Below, piece after piece: positions 10,358 to 25,292 of a DNA stretch of 64,000 nucleotides (position 1 is the stretch's first letter; the number at the start of each line of letters is the position of its first letter). This DNA comes from Callorhinchus milii (taxonomy: Eukaryota), in the NCBI RefSeq assembly GCF_018977255.1, contig NW_024704750.1, forward strand, positions 5,084,001-5,148,000. The letters run 5' to 3'. The notes below the pieces were generated by a model. That model ran no database searches. It was given only the letters and a program-made list of their open reading frames with translations, and was not told the DNA's origin. Position numbers and translations under genes: made by a program.

Positions 10358-13300
10358 ACCTGCACTCACTCCCCTTCACCATCTCAGAGCTGGACTTACT
10401 GATCAATGAATGCTCTGCCCAGAGATGCATCCTCCCACTCCATCACCACCACCACCACCACCACAAAACTCTCCACTCCAGCAGTTCCCTGCAGGGACAC
10501 TCCTTTTTATCCTATTTGTATATTTTTTAAAAAAAAAACGTGTGTGGCTTTGGTATCGAATCAGAGGAATCCAAAGTCTTTACGTGATGTCTACACGATA
10601 CACACAGCACTTTTCTCTTTGAAACATCTTGAAGCCTTTCCAGAAAGCAGATCCCTTTTTTTTTACACACAGCCTCCTATTCCTCGTAGCAATTTCAATT
10701 GCATTTATTCCTCTGACTATTAATGTATATTGCGACCCATGTATTAGTATTTTGCAATGACATGTATACAAAAACTCTCACAGGGGAATATAACTAAATC
10801 CTAATTGAACTCCAATGGAGCTAATGGCTTAATTTAATTGCATCTTTTATTGATCACCTTCAGTAACGATGGCCCCAGCACATTTTTTTTAGATTTTTTT
10901 TTCCCCCCTCTCTCTCTCTCTCTCCTCCATGATTTTTCAACATATTTTTTTGCCTTTCAACCAAGAACACAATTCGCGATAAAATGGTGCAAATATGTTC
11001 ATGTAAATGTGCGGAGTAAATAGACTGTTATATGCTTCAACAATCTTCCACTCCCAAAATTCTGTGTTGTGTCTCTGGATTCATCTGTCTCTGATTTGAC
11101 AACACAGCAAATAAATGTAACTAAAGCTTCAAAATTGTGTGTGTGTGTGTGTGAGAGAGGTGTTTGATGAAATTAACACCTTTCTTTTTTTAAAAAGCAT
11201 TTAGTGGTAAATCAGTGTTTGATGGGATCTTTCAAACGAATTCCAAGTAAAACTGATTGATCATTCACTGCACTGCACAGATATCTTTTTCCCCCCTTGT
11301 ATTGTTTTTAAAGTCGGGTGCCACTTAAATTGCAAGGCGATCACAGAGATATATATCCTTATTTATTCAATAAGGCTGACGAGCTTAGGTTATTGTACAG
11401 TACAGTACTGCAATTATTATTAATTATTGTTATTAATAATAATCACTGAATTAGCCCAGACAGCGAATGCGCTGATTCTGGTTTGTTTTAAATTCAAGCC
11501 TAAAAAGGCACATTTTTTTAAATTTTCTTTCTCTCTCTTTCTCTTCAAATTGCGGATTACACAGTTGTTTGCTTTTCAAATTATATATTCTTCTTGGGGT
11601 GTCTTCCTTCAAATAGTGTTTATGAAAAGAAGCAATCTGCAGTCTGCACAGGTCTTCGCTTAGTGCGGAAAACCATTGCGTTTGACTCTGTTTCTTCTGC
11701 TGGGAGAATTGTCCTGCACTGCAGGACACGTAAAGACTTTGCATTTGATGACTATTAACATTCCTCAATTGATTGATCACTTCTCTTTGTGCTTCGTGTC
11801 CGACGTTGACTGATGTCGATTCGTTCCTAACTCTAACCACTCGTGGTCGCTCTATTTCTATTTATTGTATCTCTAGCCCAAAGCCCGCAAGTCGGGACTG
11901 CAGGAGGAAAGTGTTTCCAAGAGCACCAATAAATCTTGTCTTGAGCATGACAAGTTGCCGTGTTTCATGTGGTGCAACATGCAATAAATCCCCTCATCAT
12001 TAATAACTATACATCACAAAACCAAGCAAAGTGTTGAGTTGATTCAACTATTTTTAATTTAAAAAATCCTGACCAGATTTGTGACATTTGTGACATGCTT
12101 CAGATCTTTATACGGTACCTCTTTAATGACTCGATTCCTCCCAAATGTGATATAAGTGAATGAATTGGATGCTTCTGGTTTTTTTCACACTGTGAATAAA
12201 GTTAATAAGCTGGAAATGTATTAGGGACTCCATACCTGTGTGGTATGCAATCTATTCCCCCATCTTTAAGTGGTGAAAATAATGCATGGGATAAGCTGAC
12301 TGCACAAATATCCATAATGAAGACGGGGGGATGGGGGGATATTGGAGTTAATGGGTGTATTAGGAGGACAAGACATAATAGATAATAATCATCCTCCCAT
12401 TTGATGCAGCACCTCATCGCATTGTCGAAACGTCTCAAAGTACTTCACAGAAATTTACTGTAAAGTGTACTGACTGTACATTTGCAGGCAGACCCAGCAG
12501 CCAATTTGTGCATGGCAATGACCCACAAACAGCCGAGTAGCGAATGATTAATTTTATCTGGGTGATTGTTAGCTGGGACACTTTGAGAAACTTTGAGAAA
12601 GAACTTCACAGGATTTACTGTGAAGTGTATTTTGCAGGTACAACACAGTACGTACCCAACAAGGCAAATTTTGCTTCTTTCTGGGCAGACGGAGAGATCT
12701 ATGTGAAAGACAGTGCACTTAGTAGCAAGGGGAATGAGTTGCTCAAATGGCTATATTATTAGGATACCAGTTGCTAAAATGGGTATTTTCCAGAATTAGT
12801 TGCAGCTTCCGGTGTTTTAGTGGTGTGCAAAAGGCTGTTTTCAAACTGGTTTATGGATTTTGCCTTGTAGACCCAGATTCCTTATAAAGTACCAACAGGG
12901 AGGAGAATGACCATTGAGGAATGTGGCCATCATTGTACTGATCGCAGTCTCAATTACCTCTCACCCCTTGACCAGTATCTATAAATAAAAATGCACAGGT
13001 GTTCATCGAGTAGCATTCAAACAGTACAATTATCATTTAAATTCCACCAAGGTGAACGCGGGAGAGTAGCAAATGGTATTTTGCCTACAAAATGCACAGT
13101 CATTACACTTTACAGCAAATCCTGTGAAGCGCTTTCAGATGTCCTCCTGATGTGGAAGCTGCTGCATCAAATTTAAAGATTATTATAGTTATTTATTATT
13201 TCTGATCACATGGCAAATAGATAATTAAAATTAAAAAAATTAGAGGTGTTTCAAAATATCAGTAGCCACAATAGCAAGTGTCTCTATGTTTTGCACAGCT

Positions 13301-15419
13301 ACAATCTTGTCCTGTTAAGAAAAAGTATTCCAGGTTGTAATTATGGCTGAGATGGATGGTCTATAGATTAGTGTTTCCATAGTAAAGGAGATGAGGTCAT
13401 CTTCTATCAGCCCTTATTCTTGTCAGTAGTAGTAGAAAGCAATAAAAGGGCTATCTACTCTCTTCTCTGACCACTTCTCTATCTGCCTGTTTAAAGCTTG
13501 AGAATATTAGAGAACTGCCAGTAATAGTAATAGTATGGTTGAAATAAATGGAAGATTAGTTGACTGCCAGGCAAGGTAACACTCCTGCACCAGCTGAAAT
13601 ATATTGCTCATTTTCCTTTATTGTTGGGTGAATATTTAACTCCTTGGAAGCCAAAATGCCCTTGCAATGTACCATAACATTTCACTCACTTTGTACTTTG
13701 ACAGGAAACATTCAGTGAATGATGAATGATTATTAAATAATTAAATTATTAAATTTAGAACTAGATTTAAATACACATGTATTCACAGAATGAGCATATC
13801 AACATATTCTGTAACTGCCCATTCATTTTGTGCAATGGCATTATATAGATAATTAAAAAAAAGCTGTTATAACACCAAACTATTACTAGAGATACAGTGA
13901 GCAGTTTGCTATAACATCACTGTTGCATTCAAATAACGATTAAAACAACACAGCTGGCAGACAAATTGTATCGCAAAATGATATTTACCTTTGCCTTGCT
14001 TGCTAGCCTTCAGCTTCTGGCAATAATAAATAATAAATTATTGCCAACCCCTTTTCCATGATTAGGTGGTATATGTTACCCCAAATAGCAACCATAGATA
14101 TACAGTATCAACACATGGATAGGATTCAAATTCACTTTCATTTGAAAATGCCAGAGGGTTGCATTACATTAACTCCACTTCATTTCCTGCAGTTGGCTCA
14201 TTTAGCAAAATGCAGCAAATATAATGATCATATCTTATATCAGCAGGTACAGTAATGAACATTTACACTCAAAATAGTCCGTGCCTCATCTCAATGGATA
14301 CAGACTTCCCTATACAGTGTCCCTACCTATTAGGACCATTACAACAACACAACTTGCATTTATATAGCACCCTTCATGTGGGGTAGTGCCTGCAGTTACT
14401 CTGCAGGACTCTGCTTCCCCTTTCCTGCTCCCACCCCACCTCCCCACAGCCCAATAGAACTATAGAAATGTGCAGCACAGGAAAGGCCATTCGACCCATC
14501 GTGTACAATATCTGTAAAATCCTTGACATGTTTTTCATGAAATATGGTATTTCAATCCAAGTTGTCGAAAAATCAGTCTATTGAAAATTATTCATGGTCC
14601 AACATATTTAGCTTCAGCATTTGTAGATGTGTGCCCAGTTCAATCGACACTTGCTGTCTTTGTCCTGGAATGGAGCCAATCAAACTGTTCCTGAAACCAC
14701 CTCAGGTGCCAGCCTCCAATACTGATTTTTTCCTATTTACAAAATAGACAATGAATCACAGACAAAATTGCAGTATAAATGTAGCATTGTCGTTTATAAT
14801 CACAAATGGCTATGGTCTATTAATGCACTATTGAAGCATTTTATATCCCATTGGTATGCAAGAATAAAAATCTAAATTATGCAAGCAAAATATCACCAAA
14901 CTGGTTTCGCTTCAGGGACCATTATAGATTCAGTTTTATGGCCTGTTGAATATTTCATCCAATTTGTGATTCAGAAACAAAACAATGTACCATCATGAGA
15001 AAGCTGGCGGTTCAGTTAGAGATGTTCGATTTCAAGATGCTTTTCTTTGAAAAACCTTTTTGAAGTCTAAAATGGTCAAACAACAATATTTTGAATAAGA
15101 ATCTGCATCTCATAATGTTCCTATACTGATTAAGAAATGGGGTGAGTGATGTTTAAAAGTACATTTAAGAGCATAAATTTTCCATATCCTCTGCTAGAGC
15201 ATTTAGTGGTTCACTGCAGTATGTAATGAATTTTCATCTTCGGTGATTTATCTCTTAGTTAATGGATGTTACTTCACTGTGAGTGTGTGGCACGGTCGAA
15301 GAAGAGGGTCTTGAGGTGGGTCTTGAAAGTGGCAAGGGAGGGGGCGAGACGGAGGGACTGCGGGATGGAGTTCCAGAGGGTGGGTGAAGAGTGCAGAAGG
15401 GCCGCCCGTTGATAGTGGA

Positions 15420-15995
15420 GCTCAACTATGCAAACTCACTGCTTGTCGGCCTCCCCAACTCCTCCCTCCACAGGCTGCGGATCATCCAGAACTCTGCAGC
15501 CCGTGTCCTCTCCCGCACCAGGCTCCGCGACCCTATCCACTCCATCCTCGCCCAACTCCTCTGACTTCCCATCACACAGAGGATACAGTTCAAGATCCTG
15601 GTCCTCACCTTCAAGCCCTCCATGGTCTTGCTCCCCCCTACCTCTTTGACCTCCTAACCCCCTACATCCTGTTTGCTCCATCCACTCAACGGGTTCCGGC
15701 CTGCTTCACGTCCCCCGCCTTGCTTGCCCACTATTGGCGGGCGGGCCTTCCGCCACTCTGCACCCACCCTCTGGGACTCCATGCCATAGTCCCTCCGTCT
15801 TATCCCCTCCCTTGCCACCTTCAAGACCCACCTCAAGACCCTCCTCTTCGACTGTGCCTTCGATCTCCCTGCTTCCCCCATACCCTAACCCCACCCCACC
15901 CTGACCCTCAGCTCTGTTCCGAAACTCTGTCTGTCCAGGGCCTTGGGATGTCCTCCCGACGTGAAAGGCACTATATAAATGTAATTTTGTTGTTG
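15420..15995 (+). mobile_element. L2-clade LINE 3' fragment, preceded by an inverted L2 piece at 15289-15418
   Basis: YANSLLVGLP...RIIQNSAARVL...IQFKIL motifs of L2 ORF2, frameshifted; same tail. Confidence 0.88.
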
Positions 15996-18900
15996 GTAGA
16001 AAATATCTATCAAGTTTGCAATTATTGCTTTCCTATAAACAAAGGAGAATGTATGCTGCCTTCATGCCTTCAAAGCACGAAGAAGAGTACCAAATATATA
16101 TTTGTCCTTAATGTCAAATGCACGTGAATACATAAAAATGAGTCTGACACATCAGAGATTCAGTTCAGATAACTGCAGGAATCCTAAACTATTTTTTGAA
16201 CCACTCTATGCCTGATATTTTTTGGTGTCTGCTGTGCTGATTCAGCAAGCGTTCACAGTTAATGTGCTTGTACTTGAGCAACTCATGTTCCTGTGTGGAG
16301 AACACTTTGTACTGCTGATGTGTGATTTTTGAAACTAATTGCATTACAGGGTTTACATCATCCAGCATTAACTTCACCATTTCAGGTTTACTTTGGTCCA
16401 CCAAGCAAATGATAGAATAATACAGTGCATGTAATTACAGCTAAGAAGTGAAGGAAATCAAGATTTTTAAAAAAAGGGGATTTCAGGTATACGAGTAAAT
16501 ATTCCATTGCTGCTATAGAAATTCACTCTGATAATCTGATTCTAATCATTGATTATATGCATAAGTTTACGTCAGAGAAGGAGACCATTCAGCCCATCAT
16601 GTCTGTGATCCTGCTGGCACTCCCATTTATGTGAGTCCCATTTCCCTGCGCTTCCCTTTTAATATTATTTTTCCTTGAATATTTATCATGTTCCCTTTTA
16701 AAAGCTTTATGACCTAATTATGGTAAGACATCCTACATACTATCAAACAGCACTCTGAGACGTTATCGTGAAGGAACTATATAAATGCAAGTTGTTATTG
16801 TGGTAATAACTCGCTATGAAGGGAAATACTAAAAGCAATGTGGGATATGATGATTATTACTGGTGATAACTATTACATGGTCTACTCTCCCCCATGGGAG
16901 AAAAAACCCTTCAAAACTGATACTTGTTTTTCTGGTAATGGTGGGGAAAATAGAAATACCTTAATACAACCCAGAGCATTTGAGTTAGACCAACACATTG
17001 CATAACCTTTATAAATGGATGAATGGCTTGTTTAGGTTGGTGGATTGTCCCTGACCATATTGTTGTCTTGAATTCAATTTCAGATACCTTTTAAGAAAAG
17101 TTCTCTTTGATTTCCAGTTGCTATGTGGTCAGAATTAATTTTGAAAATGCATATATGTTATGCGATGTGTGCTACCCAATGCACTCGTATATTTTACAGA
17201 CCAAAATAGAAATTCTATTCTTTGATATCTACAGTCAAAACAAAACTAATGATTAGGTGGGAACGCTGTAAAATAATAACTGCACGAAGGAAAAACAGTG
17301 CAGGAATGTACATCAGTTTAAAGATGCTGCCTGACAGTTTGGCATGTACTGCACAATGACGGATGAAACTAGACATATTGGAAAGATCTTATCAGACCAT
17401 GAAACGTTGTTCATTTCCTGGTCTCCAGCAGCTGTAAACACTATTTTAGGTTGGACAGCTGAGTCCAAACTGATACTGTATCTGTAAGTTTTCAAATGCA
17501 TAAAATGCCAAATTGGATATTAACTTAATGTAAAACGTATCAACTGCTGGAAGTTTTTTTTAAAAAAAAGCAAAATAATTATGTGAAGTTTGGTTGAACT
17601 TGGACGATCTTACTTCATATCTAGCTGTCGTCTTATTTTTATGCTGTGCTCTTGCTCATTCTCTGTGACAAATCCCTAATTAGCCTTTCACTGAAGAATA
17701 AGTATTCAAGCAGAATTTGATCTTCTCCTGGAAAAGAGCTCAGTTAGACGATAGACAGCTAAAAGCCTCATCATGATAGAGAATTTTTCACGGCACAAAA
17801 ATCATGCAATTAAGTTCTTTTATTTCACACTTCTTTGAATAATAATAGTATCTAAAACTTTTTCTCCAGACCATTCCTGGGTCTCTGCAATTTCACGACA
17901 TTTAAATAATCAGATGTCAGCCCAGCTCAGTAGTTAGTCTAGCTCAGCTTGAAGCACTGTTGTCACTGAGTTACAAGGTTGTGGAATCAAGCTCCATGTT
18001 GGAACTTTGAATTCATGTGGACTAGATTGACACTCCAATGCTGTGCTTCATTGGAGGCACCATCCATCGGATGAAATGTTAAAATGAAGTCTCCTCCGCC
18101 TGTTAAAGATCCTGTGGCACTATTTGCAGTGTTCTGGCTTCACAGAATTGATTGCAAAAATGTGACGGTGTATTTTGTAGGGAAACATAGCATCCAATTT
18201 TGTGGTGTTCTGCCCAACAATCCCCCAGATAAAATAGATCATTCACTTCTTGGCTGTTTGTAGGCGCGACGCTGTGCACAAAATTGGATCAGCTGCGTCA
18301 AGCTTTGCATATCAAGAAGGTATATATTGTACGCATTTTTATCAGTCCCAATCTCCCAATCCATCTGTCAAACATTCACAAACTACAGAGTAATTTACCA
18401 GGAATGATTATGCATTAGGGCTCTTTATCCCCAGAGGAGCTAGAAATGTCTTATTGTCCCCAGCTGTTCTCATTGTAAGAAGACATAGTGGATGAGTTTC
18501 CAACCCAAATGACATTAAAAAAAACGATTGACTTCAAAACAATTTTGCTGGTACTTTCGGCTGGCGGGACATGTGTAACACTGTGAAAAGGCATGTTCAC
18601 ACATTGTAACAATTGGAAATTAAGCTCCCCATGTGGGTGACCACTGTGCTGCAAATTAGCATGTTCTCGTAATAAACAGTGTGACATCAAACATTGTGCT
18701 GTGGCTTCAGGGATGTGCCTGGAATTCAGATTCCCTGAGTCCATATTTAATATTCAGGTTGGCTGCGTCTTTTCTAGTTTGCTTCATGTAAACACATTCA
18801 ATGGGCCATCATGAGTTCAATTGTCTGTCTTGTTATAATATGGACTAGTACTGTGTTCAGGTTTTTTTTTAGATGTACTGGGGTTAAAATAGTCATGCAA

Positions 18901-21152
18901 TTTAGTGCTATTGCTGCACAATCCTACCGATCAATCATCTCTCTTGATGACTAATCTTATCACTGTTTGAGCTTGGTTTGGGATGGGGGGGTGGGGGGCC
19001 GACTGCATTATAATTTGATACACTGTGAAGTGGGGTGTCTGTGTGCACGTTGTGGGTAAACAGTAGGGAAGATATTAATTTGGACAGTGTAACAACATCC
19101 TCTTTTTTATACAGAGTCATGAGATCTTTAAGATTCATATGAGCTGGCAAGCGACCTTGGTTTAACTTTCCATTTGGAGGACAGTACCTCCACCAATGCA
19201 GCTCTTCCTCACTCTTGCAATGGAATATCAGCCTAGATATTTAGATCTCAAGTCCATTTTTTTTGACCTAGAGGCCAAACTGTTGCTCCTCCGTCTCTCT
19301 TCCCTTTTCTTTTTCCCTCCTGCAGTTCACAAAGCAAATAACGTTTGCTTCAAGCAATACACAGCTATCTTTGCTCACAAATAACACAAGCAGATGACTG
19401 GGATGAATTGATAACACTGGTATTTCAGCGTCTGCGATTTTTCTTTCTATCGATATTATTACCTGGATAGCTGGATTTTCCAGGTAACAGATCAATCATG
19501 TATTCAAGATGCAGAAATGAGACTGTTGATTCTTCCTGAAAAACATTTTTTTTAAAATATATAAAACATGAATCTTTTATTCTGTCTTAATTCATATTGT
19601 CTTTTCTGTGATTGCATAATTCAAGTACAAAGCGTTGCCTATGAATGAATGGCATTCCTCACTGTAACTGTCTTTTTTTTATTTCGGTGAGTTTGTGCAT
19701 TTACCTCTGGACCCGTGACTTGATGATTGTCATGGGAACAGGCATCAAGTGTCAGATTGAAAGCAAAATACTGACAAGTTTGTGGATTCATCACAGTAAG
19801 TGTGGTCTGTGCCTTGAGCTCATGCTGCAGGAGACAGAAAATGTACCATTTAAAGTTCCCATTTGAATCTGGAATAATCTTGAGTATTTAGAGAACCTTT
19901 AAAATCATTCGTATTTTCAAAATGGGTCATATATCTTCTAGCGATGAGCATTTCTTTAATCTGGATTAGAACTAAACCAAATCAGGACTGTATAAATGTG
20001 AGAGTATTAAACCACTCCTCTCACGTCTTGTCAATACTAGTAAAAGAGGTAGTACAGTTGAAATCATCAGCACAAAACCTTTAATTCAAACCTGTAATTG
20101 ACCTATTAAATATCCTATATACACCATCATAGCAATCAGATCATGCTACATGCTGGATATGGTGATGGCTTTAATAATAATAATAAAAATCCTTACATTT
20201 TTGTATAGCGCCTTTCACATTGGGAGGGCATCCCAATGTGCTTCACAGGCTATACTGTAAAGTGCAGTGATTATGTGTATTTTGTGGGTGCACCTGATGA
20301 TTGTAATCACAATGTGTTGAAATGCCTTGGGATACCTGGGAGGAATCGTACCCCTTCCATTGCCAGAGTGATTGATTGATCCGCCCTCCAGATTAAGGAC
20401 ATTGATTCTAGAACGCTGCTGTGAGTATTTTGTGCCTTTGATTCTCAAACCGAACACATGATTTTCAATCTGGTCATTAATATTAAAAGATTCAACTATC
20501 TTTCCTTTTTTAGCAATGCATGATAGCAGTACAACTGCATAACTGGTCTGCAGAAGGTGTGGTTTAAGACTGAGCCTGACTGCTTCAGGCTATTTGTCAC
20601 TCAAAATGAAATTGCCGGCTTTCGTGCACTAATCTATCCAGCAGCTAACACAGTACTCAAGTAATTGAGTAATCTATAACATAATGATAGATGGCTGAGG
20701 GATTCAAACACAAACCTGGCTGGCAAGTTAATCCTTCACTACTAAGCTGCCTGCCTCTTACATCCCTTTCTAAACATCAAGTTGCTTAACTTACCTTTGT
20801 ACACCAATTCATTTTCCACTTAGGTGGACAACTCCTAATATCGAGTGACCACTCTCTTTCAGTGATTGATCTCATTCAAGCTTGACAGCTTTCTTCATTA
20901 AACATTTTACTTAACGCTCACAGTTGCTCCCTCATATTACCAACCAATTCACAAATTTTGCATAAAAAAACACAAGCCAGCATTGTAATCTGTCAAGATA
21001 TCAGTACGGAGCATTAATAAATATAATGATGACGTGAAAAAACAATTTTGATGGATATACAAATTAATTATCCACCTGACTTATATATAGGTACAAGACT
21101 TCTAAATATAAAATAGAAAATAATTAAACCATAAGATAATGCAAAAGATAAT

Positions 21153-21467
21153 GGAGTCCTGTAGCTCAGTGGTTAGAGCACTCGCTTTGCAAGCGAGAGA
21201 CCTGAGTTCAATTCCAGGCAGAGGGCGAAACCTTGGGCAAGTTTCCTTACTCCACACACCTAATAATAATCCCTCCAAAAACCAAAAACAATAATAAATT
21301 GGTCATTTTCAATCTACGACTGTTTGTGGGGCATTGCTGTGCGCAATTGGCTGCCGCGTTCGCCCACAAATATACAGTCAATTCACTTTATAGTGCGTTC
21401 TATGAAACGCTTTGGGACGTCCTCCCGACGTGAAAAGCGCTATATCAAATGCAAGGATTATTATTAT
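21153..21467 (+). mobile_element. Full-length young tRNA-derived SINE with an L2-like 3' tail
   Basis: A box TAGCTCAGTGG, tRNA-Ala-like TGC loop, B-box-like GAGTTCAATTCC, (TTA)n tail; near-identical to 42508-42831. Confidence 0.9.
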
Positions 21468-24149
21468 ACATTCAACTAACAATAATAATCCTTGCATTTG
21501 ACATAGTGCCTTATCACGTAATTGAATAACACTCTCTTTCAGGTATTATCTATGTGGTAGAGCAGTAAGCTTTATTCAGAAAAACACAGGGGTTAATTGA
21601 CGTGGGAGTCTGGGTGTTGAGGTTCTTCTGTAAAATATTGTTACCATGGATAAGAGGATCATCGCCTAGCAACTGATTATTGATACGGCTCTTTTCTCTC
21701 TTTTTGATTTGTGTTTTATCTTTTAAAAAAAATTAAAGATCAAATCATTGCCATATTCTGCTTCATGTCCATTTCAAACAACCGAAACCTGCTTTCGTTA
21801 ATATCACTTTAATATTTCAAGAATAATTGATTCAATTTTTAATTGAGATCCGTTTCGCTGCCTTTCATATGAAAATTTAAACAGCGAGAGTGAATTGAGA
21901 AACACAACACAATTACAACAGTATAGTTTACAATTCGATCTGATCAATAATTATAAGTTATTTGAATTTCAGTCTTTTAGTTTGCTATTCTTTCCTTCAA
22001 ATTCTCATTGATTTTTTCCCCCTCTTATAATTTGTCAGTCTTATGCTGCACAATTTCAGGTGGATTTGTCTTATCAGCAAAGTTTTCCTGGGAGTCTTTT
22101 GTTCTATTAAACTGAAGTATGACATTCAGATTGTATTGCATTTATATTCCAAACAGCTATAGAATATAAATCCAATGCGCTTAAGGTTGTTCCTTCCCTT
22201 CCTATTCCTTACTAAAGTATCAATCTGAATTACATGCAATACCTCTCAAGATTACAATTAACTACTGTCGTGGTACATTTCGATGGATGTTAGGCATTAT
22301 CAGAGATTCTACTCTGTCTGAGATCTCGGTGGTTGGTTATTGTTCTGCTTAGTAAATATGGACAGTATCTCAGTTAAGCTCAAAGTAAAACCATTTTCAA
22401 GCCAACTCTTGAAGCCCAAGGGGCAAAGCATTTCTAAAAATATAGTGTAATTTAACTACAGTGTTTAAGGGAGCAATATCTCTATGGACCAGATGGAGGG
22501 AGCATTCAGTTAATAAGTGGTGGCATTCTCACTGAAGGATTACATGTGTGATGTAAACACTGCATGATTAGTGGAATTTAATCTGCAGTAAATTCTTAGG
22601 GAAGTGACACTGGTGGATGTATTATAGAGAATTAGGATGTCAAGCAGCTAGTAAAATGGAGAATTGGTGAATCATTGTTAATATTATCACTGGCACACAG
22701 CATATTTTCACAATAATAACCAATAACTCACTCTTCATTCTGTGAAAGCAACAGCATAATAATGTTGCATTTGCTATAACACCTTATAACATCATGAAAC
22801 ATCTCTCAGAGTTTATTGTAAAGTGTAGTAAAAAACAACAATGTCCCACAACCATGATGCGAGTGACCAATTGTATCTGGGGGATTGTTGGGTAGCTCCC
22901 TTCCCTTTGCAAAAAATGCCATGGGATCTTTAACATTTACTTGAACGAGCAAACAGCACCTCAGTCTAACAGCTCATTTGAAGGATGGCATCTCCAACAA
23001 TACAGCGCTACCCTAACACAAACTGGAGTTTCAGCCTAGTCTATACGTGTGCTGAACATCTGAGACTAAGGCGAAGGTGGAAGTTAAAATCTACAAACTA
23101 TATCATTTCCCACAGAAAAGCATTCTGAACAACAACGTAATCTACAGACCTTGAGCTTTAACCAGGTTTGTTATTTTTCATGTGCCATTTGTCTGTGTGG
23201 TTTAAGAACTGAGGTTTATTTATTTTTAGCACACTGATGACACTGAGAATAAACTGCATCCTTTAGCTGGGAACTAAGTGCTGAGTCTCTCATGCAACGG
23301 AAAAAAAAATTAACACTGCAGCAGAATGATAGTATAATGCTTCATTGTTCAATGTTTTAAGGCTCGATTGGGTTTGATGAATTTCATCAGATCTCAGCCA
23401 CACTGGTTCCTGGGAATAATTGCTGCTCTGACCTATTCCAGAAAAGACTAACCATCTCTCGCCATGTATCAGTAAGAGTGCTGATTCGATAGTCTACTCT
23501 GTAAACAGATTAAGTATATAGAGCAAAGTACGTCATACCATAGAACATCCCAGGTAGGTCAGTGGACTGAGTCACCAAACTAAGGCTGCAAAGTTTTGTT
23601 TTTCATTTATTCTGGGTTCACTCAGCCCTTGACCCTTTCAAGGTCAATTAAATGGTTACTGTGTGTAAAAAAAATCTGTGTCAGGAACAGGAATCTTCCT
23701 GGAGAAACGGGGAAGAGTTGAACGGGGTCTCCTGTGACTAAACTGACTCAGAGATAGATCTAGCGAACAAAGTTAGGCATTCATCAATTTTTTTCTACAT
23801 TTTCTACACTGACAGTTTAAACAATGGTGGTTGAATACCAAACAGCGTTCGAGAGTTGCCTGATGACGTTTCTCAGGTTGGTCAGAGTAAGTAGGTCACT
23901 GTATTGTCTAATTTCCAGCAAATACTCTACTGCATTATATCCTTAACAGCATAGTATCATTAGAAGTGTGAAACCGGCTCAGCAAGTGTTAATGTAGCTC
24001 TCAATCACCAATGACATGAGGTGATCTTTGCAAAGTTCAAAGAGGTTGCTATTCCATATGATTAATGAACAAATGGCTTCCTGCTTTCATGATTATGTGC
24101 AGGGTTGTTTTGAGAAGATATGACAGACTTGTCAGACTCAATTTGTCCT

Positions 24150-24443
24150 TATAATAATCCTTGCAATTGATATAGCACTTTCCACGTTTTCTAGATGTCT
24201 CAAAGCGTCACAGAATAAACTGTAAAGTGAATGGATTGTATATTTGTGGGCGAAATGCGGCAGCCAATTGCGCACAGCAGTGTCCCACAAACAGTTGTAG
24301 ATTAAAGTGACCAATTTATTATTTTTTCTTGGGAGATTATTATCAGGCGTTTGGTGTAAAACTTGCCCAAGGTTCTGCCCTGCCAGGAATCGAACCCAGG
24401 TCTCTTGCTTGCGAGGTGAGCGCTCTAACCACTGAGCTACAGA
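24150..24443 (-). mobile_element. tRNA-derived SINE, more diverged copy
   Basis: Reverse-complement similarity to the 21153 copy from head (ctaaccactgagctacag) to tail (ataatccttgca). Confidence 0.85.
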
Positions 24444-25029
24444 TCCAGTACAGACTCTGTATAAACCTACAATTTAAACTTACTGGGTATTTATAATATC
24501 AATAATTTACATTTGACATAGTACCTTATCACGTCAATAAGTGGTCGAATATCAGGAGAAAAATCTGCTGTCTAACATGAGCCCTTTGTTATAGCTCCAG
24601 TGAAATGTTTTGTATTCTGCGGTGACAACAAGAATTCCCATTAAGGCACAGAATGGCATTTAGTGGAGCGAGATGCTGCTAATATATTAATGCAGTGGAA
24701 CAACGAGCATGGGTTCATGTTGACAGTGAAACGTGCACTCCTCCAACCTAAATCTTTTGGGTAATTAAATAGATTGTACTTTCTGTTGTCCCCTTTCAGT
24801 ATTCCAATCAATGTGAATGATTGCTCGAGAGAAAATGGTAAGGTTTACCTTATCCACTCCAAAGCAATAAATCTTTTGCTTTACCATGGATTGGCAGAAT
24901 TGATTCATCAACTGATCTGATACTTGGAAGAACACTGAGCGTCACGTCACTGCAGGGCTTACTTGGACACAGCAATCACGTTAAAATACTAGTTTTAAAG
25001 CAACTGCCTTTCAAAATTGATGGAGAAAG

Positions 25030-25292
25030 GAAAGTGAGTCAAGGTTTCGGGTCCATGACCCTTCATCAGAACTGGGTCATGTTGGGAGGGAGAGGCTTTT
25101 AAGGACTAACAGAGGCAAAAAATGGGGTAGAGGACAGGGGATAATGGGTTAAAGAGGTGTTAATGATGCAAAACAAAGGGGTGGGATTTATGCAATCCCT
25201 TTCTTTTCTCCATAGATGCTGCCTGATCTGCTGAGTGTTCCCAGTAACTTCCGTTTTTGTTTCAGATTTCCAGCATCTGCAGTATTTTGCAT
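25030..25292. mobile_element. Remnant of a repeat common in cartilaginous fish, probably Penelope-like
   Basis: gtttcgggtccatgacccttcatcagaactgg and gatgctgcctgatctgctgagt...ttcagatttccagcatctgcagt; class assignment recalled, not searched. Confidence 0.5.

Noticed and set aside
14018-14046. 10-bp-arm hairpin tggcaataat...attattgcca
   Set aside because: AT-rich and isolated; plausible by chance in 64 kb.
15384-16127. 247-aa ORF and similar ORFs at 5652, 5794, 31210, 34304, 35098, 38537
   Set aside because: Off-frame or partial translations of truncated L2 fragments.
21153-21232. tRNA-Ala(TGC)-like sequence (also 42508 and 24443)
   Set aside because: It is the head of a SINE: no proper acceptor stem, and it runs straight into the repeat body and tail.
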